A stretch of 64,000 bases of DNA. It comes from Botryllus schlosseri (Eukaryota). Shown here piece by piece: positions 1 to 15,000 of the stretch. Every line of letters begins with the position of its first letter. The first letter of the stretch is position 1. The notes beneath the pieces are model-generated. The model was not told where the DNA came from and searched no databases. It saw only the letters and a program-made list of their open reading frames with translations. Location: assembly GCA_051294905.1 (NCBI GenBank), contig CM119378.1:13454001-13518000 (forward strand), given 5' to 3'. The translations under genes and the position numbers were made by a program.

Positions 1-3000
1 CCATCTCTGGCACGGGAAGTATCCTGTTCAGGGAAGGTTCATAAAATTTCGGATCATTACACAATTCATCCGATGAACCCTACGGTATAACTTTTCTCCA
101 AGGAGCATCTTCAGGAGTTTTTCCAGGTTCACACGAGTCATTTCTTTGCTTGCAGACTGAATTTTAACAATAATTTCACCCCAAATCAAATACAGCAATG
201 TTGATGATTAATCCCACCATAGAAAATGAGAAATTTGCATTGGCAAGGTTGATGTTCAGCATGAAATTTTCATCATGGCATCAGTTTAATGAGATTAGGA
301 GAGTCATCACAGAGATTTGTCTGTTCATCTGCCCATACTTAAGGTGTACTATAACCAGCTGCTGCTCAATAAAGACAGATTTAATCATCCACAATTACCA
401 GCCGTATCCCATCTGTGGCTTACTCAATTTGCTCATACAGGATCATGTCTAGTACCTTCATTCTTAAATGTCGCTATGTTACATCAAATAACAGGTGATA
501 TTGTAGAATATATAATATACACGGGGATGACTTTCAAAGTATATCTTACAACAGTAAATCATAAGGATAAAATGTTAGCTCGTACTTAATTCGCATTCTC
601 TACAATTCTTGCATTCAGCGGTTGTGGAATTCCAACAGTTTTGAATGTAATATCGATCATCATAGGGCTCAATTGGATATTCCTCCTCGCATTCATAGAT
701 TTCAACTGTTCCATTGTAGCAAAGGTCACCAGTGGTAGCAGCGGCGCACCATTCAACAAGACACGAATCCGTCTCGTGCGGGGAGTACACCGTCTGACCA
801 GGCTGAAAGTTTTCGACGTTACGATTAGACGGTGTAGCCTACTAAAATTTCAAACTGCATTCCATGGTTTGGATTTGTGATGCCATAGTCCGCTGGTTCT
901 ACTTGACAGAATTCAGAACTCGAGAGCGTAAAATTAGATCCAGTCAAAGTGTAGTAGTCAAAATAAACTGATTACATAGCGCAAATACCGGAACCTACTT
1001 GTGAACTCATAAATATTATACTTAATTTCATAACAACCACCTTGATCATACTGCCGTAACGTGATTTCAATACAACTTATTTGAGGAGGCATATTGGTAT
1101 TTACCGAATGCTGATCGAAATCAAGTAGAATAAGATAATCCAATTATATTTGTCACTAAATGCATTCAGCATATCAAGATACAGTGTTGGGCACTTCATG
1201 AATTATTTTTTGTTCTTGACATAACTGAATGAGATCATAACTTTGCTGCAATGTTCACATCATCGTTGACCCTATAGTGAAAACAAGAAAAAAGCAAAAC
1301 TAACTAAAGAAACGGGAGTTATGATGGCATAATAACAGTTGAAATATTCTAAAATTGATGCAAATTCTCAAGAAGACCTGTATCTGCATGGAAGCACCAA
1401 ACTCTGTCTTGCAAATATCACATTTTTCTAAAAAGAAATATAGAAAGATCAAAATTTAAACCTCTACCCGCCACCAGAATAGCAGACACTTACTGCATGT
1501 ATGGCAAATGTTTTGACTTGAAAACCACGTACATTGCGTATTCCTTTCCGGTGCGGCAATGCATTTTTGAGTCATCTCATCAAGGATGTATCCCTACCAA
1601 ATTTGATATTGTGAATTATATTATATCCATTCCATGCATATATGGAGTTAATTCTTACACTCGGGCACTTCGGAAAGCATCCTTCAACACACCATTGTGT
1701 ATCCCGAGGTTGAAGACATTCGCAGCATGTGTCAGTGATGCAGGTAGCGCAAGGTCGGTAGTGCCACAAACATATGTCTTCGTCGTCATTATATTGTTCG
1801 CACATTATAGCTGAAAAACAGGAATAAATATTCGGATAGAGTTTACCAACATTTTCATAATTCAAACACCAAAAGATTGCTATACCTTGAAATGGTAGGA
1901 AGGAGTCGAAATCAGTTGGAAAAGTCTATCAATTTACTGCCACTATATAAAAAAAAACGGTCTTTTGAGGCAATATTCTAGCCTAGAATACCCGATATAT
2001 CCACAATATCGGAAGATCCAAAAGGAAATAAAACTCTTCTGTACTTACGACATAAATTATTAGTTCTCCAGTTGATGGCTACTCCCTTGTTTGCACATAC
2101 ATGTGCATAGTGTGCAATAGATGTGCAGAGACATTCACAGTCCCCTCCACTGTCACAGCCACAAGTGTCATACACGCAGATGTCAAAATACTCTCTAGGA
2201 TCCACCTGAAGGAAATACATTTAGGAAGATGAAGGATATTGTCTGAAACCAGGTAACGTACCACAGAATGGCATTCTGCAAATGGTCCACGAACGTCGGT
2301 GATAGTATGACACTTTCTACCTGCCCAGTCCTTCCTTGACGGATCACTACAGGTAGCATTCGCTTGGATGAGCCATGTTGTGTCGGGACACATTTTGTTT
2401 TGTCCAATCAACTGAAATACACGATAAAGTAAGAACTATATCCAGAGGTGGTCAGCAGGGTTGTAATGACTCGAGTCACGATTTTCTGATGACTCGAGTC
2501 ATTTTCTCAAAATACGGAAATGACTCGACTCGAGTCAATATGTGTATTGACTCGACTTGGACTCGTGTCATTACGCATGACTCGAACCAAGCCATATGAC
2601 TCGAGACTCAGACGGCCAAGAGCGACGTTTTATTGTAATTTCAAAGAGTAGTAAACTATAACCACCCTATTGGGAGTTCGTCCATTGGTACTGGTACTTG
2701 AAAATGCGAGCAGAAACTATTAAAACTGAGGAAAATTAGTATATTATGCATGCGAACCCGTCGATGTCACCAAACAGAGTTATAACAGTGGGTTTAGCAA
2801 GACTTTATCTGGAAATCGAGCAGTCAACCCAGTGACTTGGACTTGGACTCGAGTCATAATACCATGACTCGGACTCGAACCTCTGCTCGATGACTTGGAT
2901 TCGGACTTGACTCGGTAGCGAATTGAAAATGACTCGACTTGACTCGAGTCAAAACTAAAAAAAAGTGAGATTGACTTGTGACTCAGAGCCTTGTGACTTG

Positions 3001-6000
3001 GTTACAACCCTGGTGGTCAGTAAGGAAGTACTTCTACTTTTTCGAAGTACACAATAAGGCTTTGCCTGTAAAGGTTAAAAGGCTGGATGTGATACTTCAA
3101 AACTTGCAAAAAAAAATCCACAAACTGGTCGCGTGTAGCTTCGACACAACAGGTTAATCTGCAGTAGATATGTTGGTTTGGGATAAATGTTACAATCTAG
3201 TAATCTGTTGGTTTTCTGTTAATTGGCTCTCCAGATTACGAAGGAAATTAATAGTCCTCATGAAATTTGTTTGTACTCAACTCTACTAACATCTCACACA
3301 TATCTCTATATGAGAATCATAAAGACTTCAGCTTCTAAACTGACAGAATAGCATAATGGTGAAACGTCCGGCTTCTCAATAGGTGGGTTGTCGGTACATC
3401 CACGATCAAAGACATGATCATTAAATCTGGTATCCGTGGCTTCCCCATTTAGCGTTTATCATTCTGAAATAGCATGGAGGGGTGGTACAAGACTTAAATG
3501 CCTTACAAGGCTATTTCTACACTGTGATTGTCCAGCGGCATATGTACATCATGCACTCATGGTATGCATAATGCATATGCAGTATGCACAGATCGTGTGT
3601 TTGTATATCATGAGACGGTGTATAATATGCCACAAGGACAAAAATATAAAAAGTATTCGAACTATTCCAATACCTTCCAACTATTCCCAAATTGAACTAC
3701 ATCTTCAGTTTTCAGGCCAGTTGATTCCGTAAAATCATTTCCATCAACTCCGTCAAAGTTGCCACAGAGTCCACACGTTTTTCCCTGTTTTGTTAAAATA
3801 TCAAGTTGGTCGAAAGACACATTTTGACAGAAATGTTGAATATTGTGATGCAGACCTGAAATTCTTCTGTGAGTCGAATGTATACCCTTGTACCATTATC
3901 CCATAAAACGGTCAATCCGATGCATGTTTCGATCACAGTGAAAAGTCCTTTCTGCTTTATGACGAAGGTATCTGCTGCGCTATGATCTGTGTACCCGGTG
4001 ATGGCACCAGAGCTTTCTCGGTGGATCTGGGAAGCCTTTGCTCCACCAATTTTTTCAATAATAGCCTCTTTGTCTTGTTGAAGTATTATTCGTTGATTCT
4101 GCATGCATACCATTACATGAATTAAATATTATTTGGTTGAGAAATGTACACTTCTCGCAACAGCAGAGTGCTGTGGTCTTGATCCTTGCATGCATTTTGA
4201 AATTATATTAATGTATTCATAGTCGAACCAATTGTATTTGTATTTACCCTGTCTGCAATTGCAAGGGTAAGTGCCCAGTGAAATGCATCAGAACATTGTG
4301 ATCAAACACTAACCTTAGGCTACTGATATAACAAGAATATGCAAATGTACGCCATGCGCATTGGGCAGTTGCACACTGAATGAAAAATAGCAGAAGATAT
4401 CATAAAACAGATATTGGATAAGCAATACAATGAAGTGGCCCGTGTCAGTAGACAAAATACATATGTCAACACTTGCTGCATTATCCTCTGTTACGATAAA
4501 TCGTCCCGAACTCCTGAATAAATATAATGCTCTATGCTTGTCTGAAGCAGACCTTACCTTCACAGATATTATGATAGACTTGGAGCAAGTCATACCAGTG
4601 GAGCCGCACCGTTTGTTACTTGTGACAACGCTGAAGAGTCCTTGATGTGGATTATTTGCACAATAGTCCTTAAAACAGAATATTACAGTGAAAAGCAGAA
4701 TACTTTTAAAAGAGATGGAAAATTTACAGTTGAAAGGATATATTCACAGTCGCCTTCAAAATCATATCGAAGTCCGTCGAATGATTTGTAATGTGATGCT
4801 CCAACTGCTGAGCACGTACTTGGACAGACCAGGTTTGTACTTTTGAATACTCCACCAGAGCAAGTGCTGCAATGCAACAGTATACTTCAAAAAATTACTA
4901 TAAATTATCATTTCCATGAGTTAGGGTGATTAGGTTTTGTTGATCAGGTAGGCATAAAGGCATGAATTTTGTGAGTTTGGGAAATAACACTCACAAATAT
5001 ACATCATTCAAAACTTAGTGCGAAGTTACTGTAAACCAGGGGTCACCAACACGCGGCCCTCGAAGTCATATTTTGCGGCCCGCGGCCAGATTTGAGATTC
5101 CGGAAGAACATTTAGTTAAGCATTTTGTAATGCTGAAATTGATTTCGGTTTATAAATAATGTTGTTGTTCTTCAAAATATGCTATTCGCGTAAGCCCGAC
5201 ATGACCATTCCTCACTAGCTGATACGGCCTCGGCGATGGCAATAGCTTTCCATGAAAGTAGAATTATTTGATATTATATGCAATGGCGCAGACACTGCCA
5301 AGACCGAGACGCTTAGATAACAAGTTATGTGGCTACTCCACAAGATCAAGCTTCACGACGAGATACAAGTAGCTAACCCCAATATCGACTCTTTGATCGC
5401 TGAAAAATATTTTCAGGTATCATGCGCAGCTCAGAGCTCAGAATAGAATGAAAGTGATGATTGTAAAAGTGATTATTGTTATATTTGCATTTCTTTAATA
5501 AAAGATTATTTCGTGTGGAAATTATGGCTATGCCCGTCGCCCATGTTAAAGACAATAGCAATGTACTGATGTAGTTTTAAAATGTGATTGTTAAACTGTG
5601 TGGCCTCATTTATCTCGATATTGAATTCATGCGGCCCGTGGCCTCCACGTAACTTGAAAAGTGACCCCCAACCCGTTTTGAGTTGGCGACCCCTGCTGTA
5701 AAGACATACCGTAATTTAATTGTTACACAAACCACTGACACTCCATAGACCAGGGGTAAGCAAACTTTTGAGCTCGCGGGCCGCATTCAACATTTGAATC
5801 CATTCTCGGGCCGCACTATATAAAATGAGGATACTAAGCCAAAATTCAATAATTATTATTTGATTATAAAGTGAACGAAAACATGAAAATAATATATCTG
5901 TATTTGTATATTTAAAACAAACCAAATATTGATTTGATAATAACGTACACGAGTTGGAAATATTGACGAGAATTTAAAAGCTGGTCGTCCTCATGGTCAA

Positions 6001-9000
6001 AATTGAGGACGACAGTCGGTTGTCCCGATTCTCAGAACTGGATGTAAATTTGAGTCTGTGAGCAGCGATCTGTTCATAGATTTTCTGATTGGACTTTTGG
6101 TTTAACTCCAGGACACACAATGCTGACAGCATCATAACTATTTAATTTAAAATACAATTCTACTTCTTCAGAGACAAAGAGCGAATCTATCTAACACACT
6201 CGCTAATCGGTTTTCCAAGTACATGTACAACACTAAAATAATAAACTTGCTCGTGTTGCCAATCTAAAATCACACTCGTGTTACGAATTAAGTCATTTAC
6301 GTTTCACCTCCTGTTTCTGTGATGTTTAGCAATTGAAACCTTTCAAAATGCATGGGCCGCGAGACCGGGGCTATCGCGCCATCGATAAAATATATATATA
6401 CTTACTATGGTAGGAATATAACTTATCATTATCATGTTGAAATATATTAGGAAAAAGTTTAATCAATAAGTAGCCTACAAACAGTAATCTGATTTTTTGC
6501 ACACATTTGATCAAATATTTTTACAACGTTTCTTCAGGCTTTCGTGGGCCGCACAAAACGGGCCGTAGTTTGCCCATCCCTGCTATAGAATATAAAGTGA
6601 TATATCTAGTGGAGCACAATTAGACTTACATTTTGTTGCAATCATCCATGATCCAATCACCATGTTTGATGTATTTTTCCCCATTAAAGCAGCTACATTC
6701 CTCTTTTATAACGCAACTGCCATCATTTGCCCGATAAAATCCCGGTTTGCAAGCACAGCCTGGCGTGAACAAATAGCCTACTTATTGGATATGCAGGATT
6801 GAATGCTCAAGAACTCAAATTTACTCACCAGGAACACATGCGTCAGGTAAACATATTTCTTCGGGATATTCACAACTCGCTTCACATGCCGCTCCATCAA
6901 AACTGTTTGCGTCATCGCAGGAATAGTACTTTTCATTCTGATGCGAACAAGTAGTGGTTGCATCTGGCAAAGGTAGAGGGAGAGATGAGAGATGTGATAT
7001 GCAGAGATTGATCAAACGAGGAAATTTCGGACATCTGATTTCAAGTATTAGGTCCATGAGCAAGTATTAAATGTAATTAAATGTGACCAACAAGATAGCG
7101 TAATGGGTGAACGTCCAGAGTCTTGATCGGTGTCCCCGGCCGGGTCAGACCAAAGACATGATGATTTGTAAAACTGGTACCGTGGCTTCCCTGGTTGGAG
7201 TTCAGCACTTCCGGGATTGACTCAGAAAGATTTACAAGGCTATATCAGCACCTTCCTTGTCCAGCAGCATATGCTGATCATGCACTCATTGTATGCATAT
7301 GCACAGACCGCGTGTATGTATATTGTATATGACATGAGTTGATGTATATTCCGCCAAAATTTAAATGACACAATCCCGGTTTCTAACATGAACCAGAAAA
7401 TCACATCCAGCAAGTTTGGTAACCANNNNNNNNNNNNNNNNNNNNNNNNNNNNNNNNNNNNNNNNNNNNNNNNNNNNNNNNNNNNNNNNNNNNNNNNNNN
7501 NNNNNNNNNNNNNNNNNNNNNNNNNNNNNNNNNNNNNNNNNNNNNNNNNNNNNNNNNNNNNNNNNNNNTCGACTACTATGGTCATTTACACCAGGCCGAT
7601 ATTCTTCTTATTTTTTCGTAACTGCCGACTTATAGCACGGCCCACCTCTAGGCTTTTGTATATGTAATAGGTACTTATGAATGTAGCTTGAATATTCCCA
7701 ATGCGTTTTGAAAGGCTTCGTAGGCTAACGCTTATGCTTTTTGCCATAATATTTAACATGCCTTGTTACGACTCATATTAATCATCATACAAAGAAGAGA
7801 GGATTATTGGCCTTACTTTTCGAGATGCATTCCATCATTCCACGTTCACATTCACTGAAATAAATATGCTTGTTTGTCAATCGAGTCATATTGCTGCTGG
7901 ATACTCTACTCACGAAAACAATTATTATCAAACAAACTCTAAATTAATAAGGGCGCTTTAAACAGACATGCAGCCAAGACGTAATGCAAAATTTAAAAAT
8001 ATGAATACGCAGCAGTCTTGGCTTGATGCCATAATGTCAATTATACATATGCTGGTTGAAGCAAAAGAAACAGATTAAAGAAGTTCTGCCTGTCATATTG
8101 TGACTAAAGTGAGGTGAGTAGCCTGCTTGTGTGTAATTCAACATTATTGACACAGCTACAGATATAGGCTACTATGGGACTTGGGACATTTATCATATAA
8201 AAATCTCTGTAGTTTGCAGAGGTGGTCAGTAACGAAGTACTTCTACTTTTTCGAAGTACTCAAGTAGTTTTCCTCTACTTCTGGTACTTACTCAAGTAGG
8301 TCTGATTTTCGTTACTTCTACTTCTACTTCGTAATATTTTGTGATCTACTTACTTACTTTTCGATATTTTCAGTTTGTCAAGTAGAAGTAGTTCAATCTT
8401 CCAATCAGGAAGATAGCCTGAGGAATTTCGGGGCTGTTTTCACGGCGTATCAACATTTAATTTTCATAAAAGTTTAGTAAAGCCCAGAATTTTAGCATAC
8501 CACCTTTGAGCATTTCTGGACTAAAAACATGAAATACATTTTAGAAGAAGTATTTATATTTCACTTTCAATTCCCAGTGTCATGTACTTTGAGTTATAAT
8601 TATTATCGGTTCTTTTGTCTTGATAACATACATGTTGAAGGAAAAAAGCAAATGGAGTAATGCCTTTAATTTAAGCTACACAATATGGCATTTTTACGGT
8701 CCACCATATTTTTTATTAACGTTTACTAATCGCGCAAAGTATTTACACCATATCCTATGCAACTTCTCCGTATTGCTCTTCGACTAAACTACGGGCCTTA
8801 TAATATGGGGAATGGCGCTATACCATGCTATTTTCTGAAACGTGCTGTTCGAGAAAACGGAGGATTAGAATCGCATTTCCATATCAATACTATCATTTTC
8901 ATCCCATGATGTGGACGAATACTTATGCTATCGAAAATTGGATACCTGCTGGTATGCATCAATACGAATCATGCTCGTCACCTATCGCATATAGCTCAAT

Positions 9001-12000
9001 TTGCACCTTTTTAAAATCCATGTGAACGAATTAGGATCGTTTTCATAACTACTTACTTACTTGAGTACTTTTAAAGTCAGTCAATTCTATTTCTACTTCA
9101 AGTAGTTTTAGGTTGCCTATAGAAAAAGTATTTAAACTCGTACTTGAGTAGATTTTTTCGTCGCTACTTCTACTTCTACTTGAGTAGATTTCTTGACTAC
9201 TTTGACCACCTCTGCTAGTTTGTTATGTAAAACATACGAGACTGGATCAAGTAAACAGGATTTCTCCACAATTTTTTTAACGAGCACAACGTCGAAAACG
9301 CAACACTCTTTTAGCGAGTGGATCAACATAAAAATCATAAACTAATTTCACACCACAGTAAGATAATTGAAATTAACACAAGAGAAGTGTAAATAATAAA
9401 GGTGTGTTCATATGCTAACCATTCCATATCATCGATCCATGTGGTCCCAATTTGGTACCATGTCCCTTCAAATAAACAAGGACACTCATCTCGTCGAACA
9501 CATTCACCTAATATTAAACGCGAGAGGTGAGTTTGTTATTACTAATTTTTTCTCACTCTCACAACCTTTGTCATTCTCATAATGTCCTTCCGGGCAGAAG
9601 CAACCCTTGTGAGTTGAATCCTTGCATAAGTTTGAAAATGATGAGCAGGATGAAACACATTCGTTTGAGACTCGGTACACGGATGGTTCCTCGCAGTGGA
9701 TGCCTAGCATGATAATTATGCACATGACAGCTGACAGGTCACTGGTCACCCACAGAATTCTTACCACATTCTCCAACAGCTGTCAAAATAACGTCTAATT
9801 CAGAAGTTGCCCTTGCCGAGCATGCAGCGAAAAATCCAGCCTTTATAGAGCAAGCGTGAGCCTTTCTGTCTTTTGAAGTAGACAAGTGACAAACGTCTTC
9901 CCTGCAATTGGTTGCTTGCTCCAAATATCTGGGGCAATTTGTGAAAGACTCAATCACATTGCAAATCGCAGTTGCTGCGGGATCTAAAATTGTAATTAGG
10001 ATATGTTTTCAAGAAGCAACAAGTGATATGCAAGCTTGTATTACAGGGTCAGGACTTTCAGTCCAACAGACAGGAGCTGTTTCTATTCGAAACATGATTG
10101 AATCCTGCCTCAAGCTTTTCCAAAACATCTATATCTGGACAGGATTTTGGATGATCAATTTGGTTACTTTTTCTGCTTTGGATTAAATTTCCTGAACCGC
10201 TTTTTTAAATTGCATCATACCTTTGGAGCATCAAATCCCAAAACTGCCATTTCTCTGTCTAGGTAAGCAGTGTTATTTAATCAATTGAATTAATATCTAA
10301 GACGCAGTTCTACCATGATTCCAGTTCTGCTTAATCAGATTGAATCACAAATATGGTACATAGCATTCTTAATCTGTAATTGTATAGTTAGAATAGGGGA
10401 GTTTGCTGCGAGAGAGAGATGGCGTTGGAGTGAGCGTTGAAGAGAGAAAAGTAGTGTGAAAGAGGGCGAGGTTTGATGGATGGTATGGTGCAATGAATGC
10501 AGTCCTCAAATCAATATTCAAGTTTATTACCGCCAGTCACATATTCAAGTTATTATATTGTTAAGCTGATATTTATCACTAAATATCACTAACAACAACA
10601 CCATTATTAAACTCAAGGCAGGATCTTTTCTAAAAGAACTTTAGGGAAGAGGGTGAAATGAGTTTGAATGCTACATATTGGATTTAATATTCCAAGTGCA
10701 TGATAGATATTTTAGAATATGATTTTTTCACGTTTCGACGCCATTACCAATGATAATCCAAGACATTTGAAAACCGTATAGCAATGGCTCAGATCACATG
10801 GCTTGTCTTGAATATTTATTCGTTTTTTCCTCAACTTTCCCGTCTCTTTGATAGCATGTCACCATTTCAGCCTTAGTAAATGATGTATTTATTGTGACGT
10901 CATGATGAATCATGTAGCGATTTTTTATGATCCAATTTTTTCCCAGCAACTTTATGGCCTACTCAGCGAACACCTGGTAACGATATTCCAGATATGATCA
11001 AGAATCCTTAAGGCTACTAAAGTATAGAATCAGAAGAAATCCTATATATTTCTACTCAATTGAAAGTAGAAGTAGTCATTTCCATGACAAACCAAGCTTA
11101 CTTCAAGTAGTAGAAGTAGGAAAGGTTTGAAGATTGGTCAACGTCCTATTTAAGCAAGTAGCTAACAAGCATTACCATTTGAGTCAGCAGTACAGATAGA
11201 CCAAACTTACTGAAGTGCTGAAACACTTCGTTACTGACCAACTCTGCTAGATTGCTGATTTACACAGTAAGTTCCTACTCACCACATTCGCTCCTGCTGT
11301 AAACAGCGGGGACATAGCCAACGCACGTTCTATCAGTTCTCCAGTTGGCAGCAAATGTGTACACACTTTTCGCCTCGAAAGATGATTGCAATTGGAAGTC
11401 GTCCGACTTTTTGCCATTGAAATTACCCGCGAGACCCATCAACCTGCCGGCGTATTCGCGCGAGACTTTAACGACGATAGAAGCAACCATGTCGTACAAG
11501 ATCTGGACACCCTTTCCTGGTATCGTGAAGAGAACGCTTCCTCCGATTTTCTGGATGTCCGGAAGTCCTGTGAAGAATATGTAAGCAATGTGCAGATGCA
11601 ACATTAGAATAAATGATATATCATGCTATTTATATACAGAGGTGGTCCAAGTATTCAGCAGTGTTGCTTGAGCGGTAGTAGAAGTAATACTGTAAATTTC
11701 TACTCAATTGAAAGTAGAAGTAGTTATTTCCGAGAGATGTAGAAGGAGCAAGTAGCAAATGAATCGGAAGTGGCTACAAGAAAAAGGCAAGATGAATCTG
11801 AGTCGCTGACGCGAAATGACTAATGGCACTAAAAATATGTGCTATCCTCTAATCTAAACTATATTGAGATAACGTTATACAGGGGCTATTTCACTCGGTT
11901 CTTACGAATTTCACTCATAAAAACAATGCTAAGTCGACTCAAAACTACTTCATACTTTTCAGAATCCCAAGTGTAAATAGTAAACCTTCAAGTGGAAGTG

Positions 12001-15000
12001 GAGTAGGCTAGTTGGAAAACATAGCTTATCAGGGATAGCAATAACTCCAGCTATAGACGTCCTTGCTTAGTACAGCGTGAAATGAAAAAATGACATGAAC
12101 CAAAGGTCACTGTTGATTGCATTGTGCAGTGGATATTGTACAATGTACAAAGTGTACATTCTCACCAGACGTAATCGGCAAACTCAACCGTTTGCCAGAT
12201 TTCATAACGTGGCCATTTCGATTCAGGGTGTATTCAACGTGCGCGTTGCCTTCCTTGACTTGAATTATCGGATACTTGTAAAAAACTCCGCCATGCTGAG
12301 AAAATGAGTAGATAAATCACGAAAGGGTCTCGACGCGACTAGGCCAAATAGATTGTGTAACCTCCTCAAACGCAATCAGGACTTGAAAATCGCCGTTTCT
12401 GTCGTGGGTGAGGACATGACTACACGTGTCCTGGTACTGGTACACCGTTCCGTCAAACGAGACGTAGTGGAAACTCCCAGTCGCTTCGGCGACTCCAAGA
12501 CAAGCCTTCTCTGTGCATTTCCAATGGCCGGCTTCACACGTGCTGAAAATTTCCCATGCGATGAATAAATAATTAGGCTACAACAATTCGATTTCGCCGA
12601 TCTACATCCGATTATATCTATATTAAGCATTTGGCAGTCTTTCAATAGGTGAGTACTGAGTAGGCTACTGAGTAGCCACTGAGATCGCAGCCTCGCTGTA
12701 TTTATGGTTGTGGGCCAATTCTCACCATGTGTTATTGCATTCCTCGAAGATTTGTTCCCCGGGATCAAAATACAATCCATTGGCTTCGCACTGACAGTGT
12801 CTCGATTTCACACAAACGCCGTCCTGTAGGTAGGTTCCTTGAAGCATAATGGAATATGATGGCTAAGCGACGTCGCACGACAAGGTCATGACTCGTGAGA
12901 CACCGAAAACTTACCTTTCACGCATTCGCATCCGGGCAAGCACCTATGCGATCCACAAATGTTAACCGTCTCTCGGCTACTATGGGCTGCGCACGTACGA
13001 GAAGAATCGACACATTCGCTCCATTGCATTCCTAACCGGCATCTTTCAACTGACATGACAATGAGCGACATGTATGACATGCGCGAGACGTAGCACAATC
13101 AGTGAAAAGTAAATACCCATGAGTTTGGTTCATAGCCCTTACCGCAGTTTGCTAGCGAGCGCCAAGCTCCAGGACTGCCGTAGTTGAATGAGCATTGCCT
13201 TGAATATTCCGTAAGGAGGTCACACAGAATATCGTCACGTGTCTGAATATCTTCCGTACACACGACGAGGAGACAGTGTTTATAGAAGCTGCTAGGATTC
13301 ACGTAGGTTACGCAATCACGGAACGCATTGCTGATTAGAACATTGCAAACTCGATGAGTACTCTGTAGAGACATGCAAACATGATGTTAGGTATATATGA
13401 AGCGATTGGGTAGTACGTAGTAGCCGAATATAATTCATCTTAAACTTGAAAACGGTCCTCACGTCTAGAATAAGACATGTTTCGATAGATGCAGTAGGGT
13501 TGACAATCGACTCGTCTATACATTCCAGGCTGTATCTCTCGATATCAGAGGGTGAGTGATTTTCTGTAAAATATTTGCGTTAATATGTTCATGTTCATTG
13601 ATCATCCTACAATAAACCAAGTGACGTTATTATTCACCTCCAACATCATCATCTGCTTTTCCATTCTGATTTCCACACAAGCCGCAAGAGCTGAAAGTCT
13701 CAGGAACTGATATCGCAACGACGTGCCTTCGGACGTCAACATCCACACGAAACTCGCTATCGTAAGTAACGGACAACACGTTCGTACCTGCAGTTACTTC
13801 AAAGCCACTTTCGAAATATGGAACGGACCTGTTAAATATCAGCGTTAAAATTATTTACGTAGCGTCTAATAAAGCTCATATATTCACTCACACTACTTTT
13901 CCGTTGAATGTGACTACATCGGATACGAGTATGTCGGTTGCACCTTGTCTTACTCGCACATGGGATATTTCCGAGATGTTATTTCGCGTTATCCATGCCT
14001 AAATTTCATGAGCGCTTAATTTCCTCACATAGGTGCATTCTGCTGCGTGGTATAAATAGAGCAGCTCTGACTCCATCTTCGCTTCGAATTGCAATTCACT
14101 CGTACGCGGTAGGCGTAGTAGCCCTACTAGTACAATTTTATTATCATTCTTATCGATTCAAGATACCATAAATGCAATTATGCTGGTTTGGTCACAATCA
14201 AACTAATGATGCTGTGGCGTTGCTGAGATGATTCTGGGCCTCTCGATTTCTATCCAAGCCATGCCTGGATACATTATGTGTATAGGTGTATGGAAAGAAA
14301 TGGCGTAAGGTGATGTATGAATCTCTGCCATATTTCTGCCGCGTTCGCCGAAAATATATCGATTCACTGATCAGATCATCAATATGAAAAAAAATTGGCT
14401 GATCATCTAGGAGTCGTTTCTAGGGTTTTCATGGGTGCTGATTACGAATATAATATTAGTTTTGCTAGATTAACTCTAGTTTAGAAGATATGTATGTATA
14501 CCCCAAAATTACCGTATCTACCGCCTAAATATTTCATTTGGTAGAAAGTAAATAGTAGCTTTTTTTACTTTTATACTGCGCATATATATCTTATTTCCTA
14601 TGAAGAACTCACATGTCGTCCTCATTAATTCAATAAATGTTAACATGACCTGATGCGAGCTACAATACTCATATGCGTATCATCTCATTTGACAATTTGA
14701 CAATTTTCTGCTGAGCGAACACAAAGTGCGTATACCATCCCTAATAAACGATAAGTTCAAAGCTGGTATCTTTGATGTAACTCAGATTCCAATACCGATG
14801 AAAGATTCCAAGTTCATATTAAGAAAGGGGCTTACTGCGTGGAATTCCTTCTAGGATGTAGTAAATAAAACTTTTTGGAAGATCACAAAGCACCCAGCTA
14901 CAAACAGTGCGTGGGTCCGAAAATTGGTATCTGCATATGGAGAACTTGGAGCAGATATCAAAGTTCACTCCCTGTTCAGTCATCTTGATATATTTCCTGA

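Noticed and set aside
2456-3012. CRISPR-like array of GACTCGAGTC palindromes
   Set aside because: Irregular spacing, eukaryotic context, no cas genes, and it is bounded by TIRs and a TSD.
7426-7568. Missing exon in the assembly gap
   Set aside because: The flanking exons are in phase and gene B has no exon at the homologous position.
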